Assembly: GCF_002113885.1 (NCBI RefSeq)
Contig: NW_018404070.1
Location: 107,157-171,156 of the forward strand
DNA: 64,000 nt
From: Mizuhopecten yessoensis
Lineage: Eukaryota
Direction of reading: 5' to 3'
Shown: in pieces, positions 1-14,385 of the stretch
Position numbering within the stretch: the first letter of the stretch is position 1
How the letters are laid out: every line of letters begins with the position of its first letter
Notes under the pieces: model-generated
What the model was told of the DNA's origin: nothing
Seen by the model: the letters and a program-made list of their open reading frames with translations, nothing else
The model's database searches: none
Made by a program: the position numbers and the translations under genes

Positions 1-535
1 AATTATTTTATTTCTTACTTTGGTATAAGTTGACTAGGAATTATTTTATTCCTTACTTTGGTATAAGTTGACTAGGAATTATTTTATTTCTTACTTTGGT
101 ATAAGTTGATTAGGAATTATTTTATTCCTTACTTTGGTATAAGTTTACTAGGAATTATTCTCTTTCTGTCTTTGGTATAAGTTGACTAGGAATTATTTTC
201 TTTCTTTCTTTGGTATAAATTGACTAGGAATTATTCTCTTTCTTTCTTTGGTATAAATTGACTAGGAATTATTCTCTTTCTTTCTTTGGTATAAGTTGAC
301 TAGGAATTATTTTCTTTCTTTCTTTGGTATAAGTTGATTAGGAATTATTTTCTTTCTTTCTTTGGTATAAGTTGACTAGGAATTATTTTCTTTCTTTGGT
401 ACAGGTTGACGAGGAATTTATTGATAACTTACTTGGGTTTAAGTTGATTAGTTTTTTTTTTTATATTTTTACTTTGGTGTAAGTTGATAAGGAATTATTT
501 TTATTTCTTACTTTGGTATAAGTTGACTAGGAATA
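1..535. repeat. 38-bp minisatellite, about 14 copies, runs off the window start
   Basis: Unit aattattttatttcttactttggtataagttgactagg. Confidence 0.95.
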
Positions 536-2063
536 AATTAAATGGTTTGAGATGCACTTATTGCAAAATCCATGCATCATTTTTCTGTAGGCTGATGATC
601 TGTTACCTTTCCATTTAGCTACAGCCACCAACTGTTCAACTCCATATTTTGGTACAAGCTGACAGTAAGGAACCACTAGGTTCATAAATTAATATAATGC
701 TGACTGCTAGATCTAGATCTTGGCTGAGACTGAGCTGAACTCGTTGCTTAAAACGATGCAGTCAGGATATTTTCAGCCTCCTTTTGTCACCTTGAAATCT
801 ATATTTGCAGCTAGTCATTAATGCATTGCTGGTTGGACAAGGTGAACATGATAAAGCAATGAATTGGTCCAGTGACCTAGCCAGGGACTTGGTGTGAACT
901 AATACCTGGCTGTGAGATGATCATACTGGCTTTTGTATGAAGGGAAGAGATGTGCTGCTGTAGCTGAGCGGCCGGCCAGTGAGCCAGATATAGGCAGTCG
1001 GGCAGGCAGGCAAACTGGATCAATACACGAAGCAAGACTGATGGCGCTTTGACGTAAGTGCAGTGTTTTATAGGTGTGCGATCTTTCTACATTGATGCTC
1101 TAAATATACTGTATACAGACAGAGTAGCCGAGAATAATTCCATTTGGAAATCAAAGCTTGTTTGGTCTATTCCAAGCCTTGTAGCTGCTGGCCTGTGTTA
1201 GTGACAATGCTGTGGGCTGCTGCTGCTGCTGCTTCTGATGATGCTTGTGCTGCCGATGCATTCCTAGTTTTCGAATGGGAGAAATAATGTCAGCTAGGGT
1301 TTGCGACAACGCAATGGCACCATCGTCATCGTGGTAGCTAGGAGAAGAGATGGTGACCACCAGGCTCTGACCATATGATTTACGGTCAGTGAGAGCCTGG
1401 ACACTGGGCTCCGTATCATGCTGTCTGCAGCGACAACACACTGACTGTCTTAGTATTGCAGGGACTTCTGTAATGATTTGGTGCAGCATTTATTATAGGA
1501 TTCCACTTAAAAAGCTTAACATTCAGCTGTGTCCAGCTACCATTATCAAACAGCAGTGTGCTTTCAGCTGTACATATGTGGATATTGCAGCATAGTTGCC
1601 CATAGTTCTCAGTCATCCAGCTTGGGTGGTGACAAGGGAGTAATCTACAAGATGGAGACAGTGTGATTTACAAATGTGTAGACATGTCGCAGATAAAATC
1701 CTCCCGCCCTGGCTTGTGTGAGGAGAAGCTGGCAATCTTGTGTGTGTGGTAGTCTAATGGCTAGCAGTCTAACAGCTGTGCCACCTAGATCATACAAACA
1801 CAGCACCAAAAACGAAACAGCACTTTCTCAGCTGTTTTGTATTTGTTTAGGTTAGGTCAGTTCTATTGGGAATTATTGTCACTTGAGAAGGAGACTTGAC
1901 CTAGAAACACAGACATGTTTTACATGTGCGTCCCTCCCTACCACGTCCTTGTATAGAACTGTGACAGATTTAGGTGAAGTGGAGGTCTCTCCCACCCCTG
2001 TCCTTTCGTCATAAAGTCACAGATTTGGGTGAAGTGGAAGAAACGGTGAAGAGAGATTCAGAA

Positions 2064-2082
2064 ATGTGCAGTGATGAGACAG
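2064..2082 (+). CDS. Candidate alternative first or upstream exon end of RasGRP (MCSDET)
   Basis: gaaATG followed by the strong donor CAG|GTAAGG, phase 1. It closes a unique GC-richer block (~640-2082). Confidence 0.35.
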
Positions 2083-2124
2083 GTAAGGGGATAGCAATGT
2101 ACTTGTATATCAGTATCTACATGT

Positions 2125-3737
2125 GAGACACATAGCTATTTGATTGCAAATACAGGCAACACAAATAGTTCCTTAGTTGTTAAATTGCACACATTAAGAG
2201 GAATCAAATTCAAATTGATTTTATATACCAATAACGCACATAGCTATTTGATTGTATATACAGGTAACACACATAGCTATTTGGTTGTTTATACAGGTAA
2301 CACACATTGCTATTTGGTTGTATATACAGGTAACATACATAGTTATTTGATTGTATATAAAGATAACACACATAGCTATTTCATTGTATATACAGGTAGC
2401 ACACATAGCTATTTTTACTGTATATACAGGTAACACATATAGTGTTTTGGTTGTATACACAGGTAACATACATACCTATTTGGTTGTATATACAGGTAAC
2501 ACATAGCTATTTGGTTGTATACAGGTAACACACATAGCTATTTGGTTGTATATACAGGTAACACACATAGCTATTTGATTGTATATACAGGTGACACATA
2601 CCTATTTGGTTGTATACAGGTAACACACATAGCTATTTTATTGTATATACAGGTAACACATATAGTGTTTTGGTTGTATATACAGGTAACATACATACCT
2701 ATTTGGTTGTATATACAGGTAGCACACATAGCTATTTGGTTGTATATACAGGTAGCACACATAGCTATTTGGTTGTATATACAGGTAACACACATAGCTA
2801 TTTGGTTGTATAATTGTATAAACAGGTTACACATTGCTATTTGATTGTATATACAGGTAGCACACATAGCTATTTGGTTGTATATACAGGTAACACACAT
2901 AGCTATTTGGTTGTATATACAGGTAGCACACATAGCTATTTCATTGTATATACAGGTAACACATAGCTAATTGGTTGTATATACAGGTAACACACATAGT
3001 TATTTGGTTGTATATACAGGTAGCACACATAGCTATTTCATTGTATATACTGGTAACACATAGCTAATTGGTTGTGTATACAGGTAACACCTAGCTAATT
3101 GGTTGTGTATACAGGTAACACATATAGCTATTAGGTTGTATAAAGGTAACACACATAGCTATTTTGTTGTATATACAGGTAATGCATAGCTATTTGATTG
3201 TATATACAAGTAACACACGTAGCGATTTGGTTGTAGATACAGGTACCATAAATAGCTATTTGGTTGTATATACAAGTAACACACATAGCTATTTGGTTGT
3301 ATATACAGGTACCATAAATAGCTATTTGGTTGTATAAATAGGTTACACATAGCTATTTGGTTGTATATACAGGTAGCACACATAGCTATTTTGTTGTATA
3401 TACAGGTAACACACATAGCTATTAGGTTGTATACAGGTAACACACATAGCTATTTGGTTGTATACAGGTAACACACATAGTTATTTGATTGTATATACAG
3501 GTAACACACATAGCTATTTGATTGTATATACAGGTAACACACATTGCTATTTGATTGTATATACAGGTAACACATAGCTATTTGGTTGTATACAGGTAAC
3601 ACACATAGCTATTTGGTTGTATATACAGGTAACACACATAGCTATTTGATTGTATATACAGGTAACACATACCTATTTGGTTGTATACATGTAACACACA
3701 TAGTTATTTCATTGCATTTACAGGTAACACACATTGC
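2125..3737. repeat. 33-bp minisatellite with 31-bp variants, about 45 copies
   Basis: Unit acaggtaacacacatagctatttggttgtatat. Source of the YTGNTHSYLVV ORFs. Confidence 0.95.
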
Positions 3738-4069
3738 TTGCTGAATATATTCTTGACAAAATTGAAAAAAATGCTTAGCATATTTCTGATTACTAAGAGT
3801 GGTTCATATTGTACCTGTGACCTTACTTTATGCTGGAAAACTTGTTTGTATCCCAAAAATCAAGGCAATGGCAAGAAGTCAAGTAATGGGTGCATCTGGA
3901 CAGTGTGTCACATCTGTCATATAGTCTGTAACTTCAAATTCATAACAACAGGCCAAATGTCAAATATTGTAATGCTTGTCTTTCTGCACAACTCAGTATT
4001 GTTTGATCAAACTTGATCGATGTTAGCTGGTTATATTGTGAATTCAATGTGTGTCACATACAACTTTCG

Positions 4070-5800
4070 TATCCAGAACCCTATGGTCATGTCACAGCCA
4101 GGGGTCTGTTCAGGTCCTGCTCTGTTCACTAGCCCCTGGTCTCCTATTCAGAAGGACCTAAGGAGGATTCAGCTGCTATGGATGTTCTTTTTAAGAAGCC
4201 TAGCACAGTGGCCTTTGTTCTTCAAAGGGTTGTGGGTCTTCTGTGGGGAAGGCTTAGTCTTACCCCAAACAGCTCTGCACGAGGTAAATCTAAATATTTG
4301 ATCACAGCTGAGGGGAAGAAGGGTAAGGGTATAGTAAGAAGCCTCATTCTAAGAGGAAGTTGAGTTCCTGACTGAAGGGCAAGTGAGCTTATGCCAAGGT
4401 GCGGCGTCCATCGTCCGTCTGTCGCCAGACATCTGTCCGGCGTCAACTTTTTAGCTAACCTGGCCCGTGTGCATATGCCGTACTGCATCTTCCGTCCTCC
4501 GTCGTCAACTTTTCTTTTGAACAATTTCTCCTAAAGAACTGGAGGACCAAGGGCCATGATATTTGGCCAGTAGGTACCTGGGATGGAGTGCTATAAAGTT
4601 TCCTCATTAAAATTACCTTTACTTACTTTCAAGGTCACAGGGGGTAAATATGTTAAACATTTCAAACAACAATATCCTAAGAATCATTTGGACTAGAGAT
4701 ATACTACTTGTGTGTGTTATGTGAACCAGCAGTGCAAATCTTTTTCTCTAATACAGAAATGAGGTCAAAGGTCAACTTTAACTGCTAGTTGGGGGTCAAA
4801 TGTCAACATGGGTTAAGGTCGACTTTGAGTGCTAGTCTAAAGTCAAACGTCAACGTGGTTTAAAAGCTTTAAAATTAAAATTTCAAACAACAATATCTTA
4901 AGAACCATTTTGGCTCACCACTACTCCCTTAGTTTTCACCAAATGGTTACAGGTCTTTTAATTTAAGCTCCTATGTGTGTGATGTTGCACATGATCAGGG
5001 ATTCTTTGATGCCCTTTACCCTGTTGGTCCTGAAACTCTAACTGATGGTAGGTTTCATCCCTCCGTAGGGAATTCCAAGGTGAGTCCATCTCAGGACTTT
5101 ATTTTCCATGGCAGCTATATTCAGCTTTTGACCATGACTCTGGTTCAGGTGCATTGGTTCCTTAGCGATGTGGATACGATCAGCTCCTTGGCCGCTCTCG
5201 TCCTTTTGAGACAGTTTCACATTTGACCCCTGCAGATGTTCTTCCTTTCCTACTAGATCCTGCTACTAGAAATGGGAAACAGTGCTTCCCTTAGGCTAAT
5301 CGTTTTGAAGGACTTCTTGGTAGACTCATCAGGACAATTTCCTTCAGGAGTAGTTTTTCCCAAGGCTCTGTACATGGAGGCTTCTATGAGAGGGTGGAGT
5401 TCTTCCTGGACAGTTATGTCTATTCAGGTGTTGGTCCAGAGATCAGATCCCCAAGCACTTGATTGTGCTGGAGATAAGGACAGTCTCTCTCTAGCGAAGG
5501 ACATTTGTCACTTATGTGGAAAGGTAGAAGGAACCAGATCTTATGTACTGTGTTTTCTGGTCATATGGGTCTTTCTCCACGTGGAAGTGTAGTTGAGACC
5601 ATTCAAGTTAAGTATATTCCAGAGATTAGGAATATGCTTGCTGACACCCTATCAAATGTTGATGTTGTCAAACTATGTTGATAGAATGTCAACTGAAACC
5701 CTTCCAAGCAGTTTGTCAGGCTTGGGACAGATCTCACATATAGGTCTGTGTGCCACAGCTCTGAACCCTGTGGCTCTTGGTTACTGCCCATCTAAAGAAG
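4070..5800 (+). mobile_element. Decayed DIRS-type retrotransposon RT/RNase H relic, interrupted by a HINE insertion
   Basis: Ordered, frameshifted motifs: SKVSPSQDFIFHG (RT end), LYMEASMRGWS (compare TDASxxGWG, 5368-5400), HLIVLEIRTV (compare HINxLELxAV), EGTRSYVLC (compare GGTRSxxLC), YIPEIRNMLADTLS (compare HIPGxxNxxADxLS). Boundaries are approximate. Confidence 0.75.
4359..4912 (+). mobile_element. Helentron-like non-autonomous element (HINE family B), 3'-truncated and degenerate
   Basis: 5' end with a gtgagct sub-TIR-like motif and (cgtc) microsatellite. Shares ctgtccggcgtcaacttttt and the ttcaaggtcacagggg core with 56665-57792. Confidence 0.7.
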
Positions 5801-6412
5801 GAGGTAGTGTTACTGTCTGTTACATCATACATGAGCAGGGCATAAGGTGGGGCCTACAAAAAGACAGGGATATATAACTGTTATATTATTATATAAACAA
5901 ATGGCAGTTGTGGAAATATATGCATTATGAAAATTGGTTTTACATGTACAAGTTTGATTGTCTGCAATAATTCAGTGTTGTGTACTTGTAAGTTATATTT
6001 AACTTATATTTCATCGAATATTTACCTGTAAATTAAGTAAACAATTGATTCCTTACATTCCTTTTCAAGCTACTTCAATTGTCATACAATTCTGCTCATT
6101 CTTTTCTTCCTTTGTTTGTGACATATATGAGCTCAGAACTTTTCATTTGTATCTCCCATTTAGCACCATCTGAAAAATATTATGTTACATTTCCGTCATC
6201 TGTTCTATCTATAAAGGTATCTTCAAATGCTATATATAATAATTATGCACTGTGTTTAGAAATTTTCAGTCCTATATTGATCTAGATATCTAATTATCAC
6301 AAGTTTGAGGACTACTTTCTTCTTAAAATGTGTCACAGAAACACTGTCCTTACCGGTATTGAGAGATCATCTGTATTGACCGTTTACCTTTGTTGAGAGT
6401 AACCTGTACTTG

Positions 6413-7736
6413 TTAGGGCCCCGTATCGGAGATACGGGTGCCCTATAGTAATCACTGTCTGTCTGTCTGTCTGTCCGTTCACTTTTTGACCAATGTACAT
6501 GAAACTTGGTCAAGATGTTCAGTTCACAAAAATACACATTGAGGTAAAAAGTCAAGGTCATTAGGTTCAAAGGTCAAGGTTAAATTTTACATCTTTTCAC
6601 TGATGAACATTTTGTTATGACATTATGAAGCAAAGTTGATCAGAATTAAATAGGAGTCAATTGACCAAAGGTCAAGGTCATCGGGTCAGGGGTCAAGGTC
6701 ACATTTTGTAGCTCTTCACTGGTGAACATTTCGCTATGACATTATGGAGCAAAGTTGTTTGAAATTAAACAAAAAGACACACTTAGGTAAAAAGTCAAGG
6801 TCAAAGGTCAAGGTCATTAGATTGAAAGGTCAAGCAAAGTTGTTTGAAATTAAACAAAAAGACACACTTAGGTAAAAAGTCAAGGTCAAAGGTCAAGGTC
6901 ATTAGATTGAAAGGTCAAGGTCAAATTTTGCATATTTTCACTGATGAAAATTTTGTTATGACATGATGAAGCAAAGTTGATCAGAATTAAACAAGGAGTC
7001 AACTGACCAAAGGTCAAGGTTATTGGGTCAAAGGGCAAGATTAAATTTTGTATCTTTTCACTGGTGAACATTTCGCTATGACACTTTGAAGCAATGTAGC
7101 TCAGAATTAAAAAGGAGTCAATTGACCAAAGGTCAATGTCACTGGGTCAAAGGTGAAGGTTAAATGTTGTACCTTTTCCCTGATGAACATTTTGTTATGA
7201 CATTATGAAGCAATGTTGTTCAGAACTTAACACAGAGTCAACTGACCTTAGGTCCAGGTTACGGGGTCCAAAGGGTCAAGGTCAATTTTTGTATTTTTCA
7301 CTGATGAATATTTTGTTATGATATTATGAAGCAAAGTTGGTCGGAATTAAAGAATAAGTCAACTGACCAAAGATCAGGGTCGCTGGGTTAATGGTCAAGG
7401 TCATTTGGGTCCAAAGGTCAAAGACAAAGTGGATCTCTGACTTTGACCCTGGCTCTTGATGGAGGAGGTATATAAGGTGAAATAAAATAAAGCAAAGCTA
7501 ACGAGTGAGTATTGCACCGGTATTTACATTTCTGTTAGCCCAGCAAATATGAAGGTGGAAGGAAACAAGACTCACATCATAGTACATGTAAAATGTATAT
7601 TTTGCTTCCTTGCTATTCTTTTTGAAGTCGAAATAGCAAAAGTCAAGCTCAGGTATATGGGCAAATTACTTCTTGATGACTATGGGGGATATATTGCCAC
7701 AAGACGGGGCCCTTACTGACCTGTCAGTGTTCTAGT
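6413..7736 (+). mobile_element. HINE-like element, family C
   Basis: 5' hairpin agggccccgtatc-gga-gatacgggtgccct, (ctgt)n, internal ~120-bp aaggtcaaggtca tandem units, 3' sub-TIR acggggccct, hairpin actgac-ct-gtcagt, terminus tctagt. Confidence 0.85.
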
Positions 7737-8344
7737 AGTTTACCTGTATTGACAGTTCACCTCTCCAGACAGTTTACCTTTGTTGAGAGTTTACCTGTAC
7801 TGGTAGTTTACCTGTATTGACAGTTTTTTATTTTTTATTTATAGTTTTATTCAGTTTTTCAAAGCACATACACATGACAATATTTGGGAGACTATAACAT
7901 ACTTCATAGTACACTTATCCTAAACATTCCATACACATTTCATGTTAACCATACTCATTTCATATACCCAGTTTTCTAAGTATTGGGTCTGTAGAGAATA
8001 TTAATCTGACTTACTTATCGTGTGTACTAGCATAACAGAACATGCTAATTTATGACATATTTATTTCAAACATTTCATATATACTCATACACACCATAGA
8101 TCTGTATAGAACATGCATATCAAATATTTCATACACCTGTAAAGAACATTCATATAAAAAAATCATACATATCATACATCTGTATAGAAATATTAATATC
8201 AAACATTTCAAACACACCATACAACTGTCTGTAACATTCATATTAAACATTTCATACACTCCATGCATTTGTGCAGAAACATTCATACATCACTATGGAA
8301 CATTTATCTTAAATATTTCATATATCTGTATATAAACAGTATTA

Positions 8345-9670
8345 ACAGTTTATACCTATGTGGAGAGTTGACCTAAATTGATAGTTCACCTCTCCAGACA
8401 GTTTACCTTTGTTGAGAGTTTACCTGTACTTGTAGTTTACCTGTATTGACAGTTTATACCTATGTGGAGAGTTGACCTAAATTGATAGTTCACCTCTCCA
8501 GACAGTTTACCTTTGTTGAGAGTTTACCTGTACTTGTAGTTTACCTGTATTGACAGTTTATACCTATGTGGAGAGTTGACCTAAATTGATAGTTCACCTC
8601 TCCAGACAGTTTACCTTTGTTGAGAGTTTACCTGTACTTGTAGTTTACCTGTATTGACAGTTTATACCTATGTGGAGAGTTGACCTAAATTGATAGTTCA
8701 CCTCTCCAGACAGTTTACCTTTGTTGAGAGTTTACCTGTACTTGTAGTTTACCTGTATTGACAGTTTATACCTATGTGGAGAGTTGACCTAAATTGATAG
8801 TTCACCTCTCCAGACAGTTTACCTTTGTTGAGAGTTTACCTGTACTTGTAGTTTACCTGTATTGACAGTTTATACCTATGTGGAGAGTTGACCTAAATTG
8901 ATAGTTCACCTCTCCAGACAGTTTACCTTTGTTGAGAGTTTACCTGTACTTGTAGTTTACCTGTATTGACAGTTTATACCTATGTGGAGAGTTGACCTAA
9001 ATTGATAGTTCACCTCTCCAGACAGTTTACCTTTGTTGAGAGTTTACCTGTACTTGTAGTTTACCTGTATTGACAGTTTATACCTATGTGGAGAGTTGAC
9101 CTAAATTGATAGTTCACCTCTCCAGACAGTTTACCTTTGTTGAGAGTTTACCTGTACTTGTAGTTTACCTGTATTGACAGTTTATACCTATGTGGAGAGT
9201 TGACCTAAATTGATAGTTCACCTCTCCAGACAGTTTACCTTTGTTGAGAGTTTACCTGTACTTGTAGTTTACCTGTATTGACAGTTTATACCTATGTGGA
9301 GAGTTGACCTAAATTGATAGTTCACCTCTCCAGACAGTTTACCTTTGTTGAGAGTTTACCTGTACTTGTAGTTTACCTGTATTGACAGTTTATACCTATG
9401 TGGAGAGTTGACCTAAATTGATAGTTCACCTCTCCAGACAGTTTACCTTTGTTGAGAGTTTACCTGTACTTGTAGTTTACCTGTATTGACAGTTTATACC
9501 TATGTGGAGAGTTGACCTAAATTGATAGTTCACCTCTCCAGACAGTTTACCTTTGTTGAGAGTTTACCTGTACTTGTAGTTTACCTGTATTGACAGTTTA
9601 TACCTATGTGGAGAGTTGACCTAAATTGATAGTTCACCTCTCCAGACAGTTTACCTTTGTTGAGAGTTTA
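8345..9670. repeat. 104-bp higher-order satellite (six 17/19-bp monomers), about 12.7 identical copies
   Basis: Period 104 (8461, 8565, 8669 and so on). Diverged monomers flank it at 6340-6413, 7737-7825 and 9670-9810. Confidence 0.97.
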
Positions 9671-10439
9671 TGCGTATTTAAAGTCTACCTGTATCCACAT
9701 TCTACTTGTATAAGGAGTTTACCTGTACTGAGAGTTTACTGAAGAATTTACCTGTATAAAGAGTTCAACTGTCTTGGATGTCAACCTGTCCTGACAGTTC
9801 ATATATACTGATAGTGTTCAGCTGACTTAAGATGTGTAGCATACTATAATTAGGTCATTGTGACCTTCATTTCAAGGCAAAATCTAAAAATAGTGATAAA
9901 TTTCTGTTCATGAAATAGATTTTCTTAAACAATCAATACAAAATGCATATCCAGGGGAAACATGCTTTCGTATAAAAAAAACCACCAAAAATCTAGTACT
10001 GGCCATGTTCGTTTAATTATGTACATTCCATATAGCTCAATACCTAAAGGAAAATTCTGTTTAAATCTTTGTGTAAAAAATAGATAGAACATGCTAAGAA
10101 TTCATTTCTTTTCTGGCTAACTTCAAACAAATGAGTGATGGGAAAATTATTGATAGATTTTATTGTGTATTCAATGTCATTTAGATTTTGCTTATATTGG
10201 TATACTCAGATAAAGTAGATACCTTACTTAAGTTACATATATAACCAAAATCATAAATTTAGCAAAACCTTGACTGCCCTTGCAAAGAATGATGTAATTA
10301 TTAGTCATTGATTAAAATATCACTTCTTCCTTATCATAGAAACTTATTTTGTTGAGAAAACATTCCAATTTCTAGGGATAGGAAAATATTTCTTTTTGTT
10401 TCCTCCTGTAGAAACAGTTTATTCCATTGAGTCTTGTCC

Positions 10440-13400
10440 TTGTACAATGTACATCAGCCTTAGGGAAGTCGGGGACTGATATAGCATGCTATACAATGTA
10501 CGTCAGCCTTAGGGACTTCGGGGACTGATATAACATACTATACAATGTACGTCAGCCTTAGGGAAGTCGGGGACTGATATAACATAAACATACAATACAA
10601 TGTACATCAGCCTTAGGGAAGTCGGTGACTGATATAACATAAACATACTATACAATGTACGTCAGCCTTAGGGAAGTTGATGACTGATATAACATAAACA
10701 TCCTATAGAATGGACATCAGTGTTAGGGAAGTCGGGGACTGATACAACATAAACATACTATAGAATGGACATCAGTCTTAGGGAAGTTGGGGACTGATAT
10801 AACATACTATACAATGTACGTCAGCCTTAGGGAAGGTGGGGACTGATATAACATAAATATACTATAGAATGGACATCAGCCTTAGGGAAGTCGGTGACTG
10901 ATACAACATAAACATTCTAGAGAATGTACATCAGTCTTAGGGAATTTGGGGACTGATATAACATATACATACTATAGAATGGACATACGTCAGCCTTAGG
11001 GAAGTCGGTGACTGATACAACATAAACATTCTAGAGAATGTACATCAGTCTTAGGGAAGTTTGGGACTGATATAACATAAACATACTATAGAATGGACAT
11101 CAGTCTTAGGGAAGCCGGGGTCTGATATAACATAAACATACTATAGAATGGACATATGTCAGCCTTAGGGAAGTTGGGGACTGATATAACATACTATACA
11201 ATGACGTCAGCCTTAGGGAAGTCGGGGACTGATATAACATACTATACAATGTATGTCAGCCTTAGGGAAGTCGGGGTCTGATATAACATAAACATACTAT
11301 AGAATGGACATCAGTCTTAGGGAAGTCGGGGACTGATATAACATACTATACAATTTACGTCAGCATTAGGGAAGTTGGGGACTGATATAACATAAACATA
11401 CTATAGAATGGACATAAGTCTTAGGGAAGTCGGGGACTGATATAACGTACTATACAATTTACGTCAGCCTTAGGGAAGTCGGGGTCTGATATACCATAAA
11501 CCTACTATAGAATGGACATCAGTCTTAGGGAAGTTGGGGACTGATATAACATAAACAGACTATAGAATGAACATCAGACTTAGGGAAGTCGGGGTCTGAT
11601 ATAACATACTATACAATTTACGTCAGCATTAGGGAAGTCGGGGACTGATATAACATAAACATACTACAGAATGGACATCAGTCTTAGGGAAGTCTGGGAC
11701 TGATATAACATACTATACAATGTACGTCAGCCCTAGGGAAGTTGATGACTGATATAACATAAACATACTATATAATGGACATCAGTTGGAACTATATAAT
11801 ATACTATATAACATACTATATAATGGACATCAGTTGGAGACTGATAACATACTATATAACATCCTATATAATGGACATCAGTTGGATACTGATAAACATA
11901 CTATATAACACACTATATAATGGACATCAGTTGGAGACTGATAAACATACTATAGAATGGACATAAGTCTTAGGGAAGTCGGGGACTGATATAACATAAA
12001 CATACTATAGAATGGACATCAGTTGGAGACTGATAACATACTATATAACATACTATATAATGGACATCAGTTGGGGACTGATAAACATACTATAAAACAT
12101 ACTATAAAATGGACATCAGTTGGAGACTGATAACATACTATATAACATACTATATAATGGACATCAGTTGGAGACTGATAAACATACTATAGAATGGACA
12201 TCAGTCTTAGGGAAGTCGGGGTCTGATATAACATAAACATACTATACAATGTACGTCAGCCTTAGGGAAGGCAGGGACTGATATAACATACTATACAATG
12301 TACGTCAGCCTTAGGGAAGTCAGGGACTGATATAACATACTATACAATGTACGTCAGCCTTAGGGAAGGCAGGGACTGATATAACATACTATACAATGTA
12401 CGTCAGCCTTAGGGAAGTTGATGACTGATATAACATAAACATACTATATAATGGACATCAGATGGAGACTGATAAACATACTATATAATATGGAAGTCGG
12501 GGACTGATATAACATACTATACAATGTACGTCAGCCTTAGGGAAGGCAGGGACTGATATAACATACTATACAATGTACGTCAGCCTTAGGGAAGGCAGGG
12601 ACTGATATAACATACTATACAATGTACGTCAGCCTTAGGGAAGTTGATGACTGATATAACATAAACATACTATAGAATGGACATCAGTCTTAGGGAAGTC
12701 GGGGTCTGATATAACATAAACATACTATACAATGTACGTCAGCCTTAGGGAAGTCGGGGACTGATATAACATACTATACAATGTACGTCAGCCTTAGGGA
12801 AGTTGATGACTGATATAACATAAACATACTATACAATGTACGTCAGCCTTAGGGAAGGCAGGGACTGATATAACATACTATACAATGTACGTCAGCCTTA
12901 GGGAAGGCAGGGACTGATATAACATACTATACAATGTACGTCAGCCTTAGGGAAGTCAGGTACTGATATAACATACTATACAATGTACGTCAGCCTTAGG
13001 GAAGTTGATGACTGATATAACATAAACATACTATATAATGGACATCAGATGGAGACTGATAAACATACTATATAGCATACTATATAACATACTATATAAG
13101 AATGGACATCAGTCTTAGGGAAGTCGGGGTCTGATATAACATAAACATACTATACAATGTACGTCAGCCTTAGGGAAGGCAGGGACTGATATAACATACT
13201 ATACAATGTACGTCAGCCTTAGGGAAGTCGGGGACTGATATAACATACTATACAATGTACGTCAGCCTTAGGGAAGTTGATGACTGATATAACATAAACA
13301 TACTATAGAATGAACATCAGTCTTAGGGAAGTCGGGGTCTGATATAACATAAACATACTATAGAATGGACATCAGTTGGAGACTGATAACATACTATATA

Positions 13401-13535
13401 ACATACTATATAATATACTATATAATGGACATTAGTTGGAGACTGATAAATATACTATATAATATACTTTATAATATACTATATAACATACTATATAATA
13501 TACTATATAACATACTGTATAATGGACATCAGTGT
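10440..13535. repeat. 49/55-bp minisatellite with interspersed variant units
   Basis: Unit tacaatgtacgtcagccttagggaagtcggggactgatataacata(aacata)cta, plus a shorter 'ggacatcagttggagactga' variant. Confidence 0.95.
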
Positions 13536-13896
13536 ACATAATCAGATGTCTGGTTCAACTTTAAAACTTTATAACAAAGTTACCAAAGTAGAAAAATTGA
13601 TGGAAAAAAATTGTATTGATCAATTGTTCATTTATGAAAGCACTGCTGGGTGCCCTGTTTTGTTATTTCAAAATCAAAAGACATGATTTGTTTATATAAA
13701 AGCAATAGAATGTGAAAATGAATTGTTTGCCAATTAAACAATGACCATAGGTTGACGGTAGGGGAGGGTTTTATACAGTGCACCAGTAAACAGGATGTAT
13801 GGAAACTCCAGCAGTACTAGACGAATTGGATATATGATGTAGCACTTTAACAGTGTAGATTATAATTGATGTGCTATTATTCATGTATTTGGTTGA

Positions 13897-13972
13897 ATGA
13901 GAGATTATTCGGGATTCCCTAAGTCATTCTGCTATGGATTTATCAAGAAATCGCTTGAATTTTATACATCAG
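13897..13972 (+). CDS. Candidate alternative first coding exon of RasGRP (MRDYSGFPKSFCYGFIKKSLEFYTS)
   Basis: ATG directly after an in-frame TGA, open frame to a perfect donor CAG|GTAAGT. Phase 1, so in frame with the exon at 43273. Confidence 0.5.
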
Positions 13973-14385
13973 GTAAGTTTGATTTTTCTTTCTGGAGGAA
14001 AAGGTATATACAAATTACATTTGTACCTCATTGTGCTCCTCAAACATTTCTGAGAAGTGTATAATCACTGCTTTATATCCATCAGGCTTTCTTGTCTGGG
14101 GTCAAGTTTTACAATATACAAGATCAAGTGAACACTGGATAAGGTTATTTAGGCCAAGTGATGGATACAAGAACCATAACTCTTGCTGCTATAAAATCCC
14201 TGTCTAGCACATTTCCATTGTACATGTATTGATATATTATGTCATACCAATCCTATTTCAGGGATCATATGTTAGAGATTCCTTTGATGTATTCATTCTG
14301 TTGGATTCTATTGGACCTACAGGTATATTTTACTGAAGGGTCAGTAAAGATCTGATTTTGTATATAAAGCATGTACCTATAAGAT

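Noticed and set aside
1151-1489. 112-aa minus-strand ORF with poly-Q
   Set aside because: No recognisable domain or splice support; the poly-Q comes from a short CTG microsatellite.
2140-3735. YTGNTHSYLVV repeat ORFs
   Set aside because: 33-bp minisatellite with 31-bp frameshifting variants.
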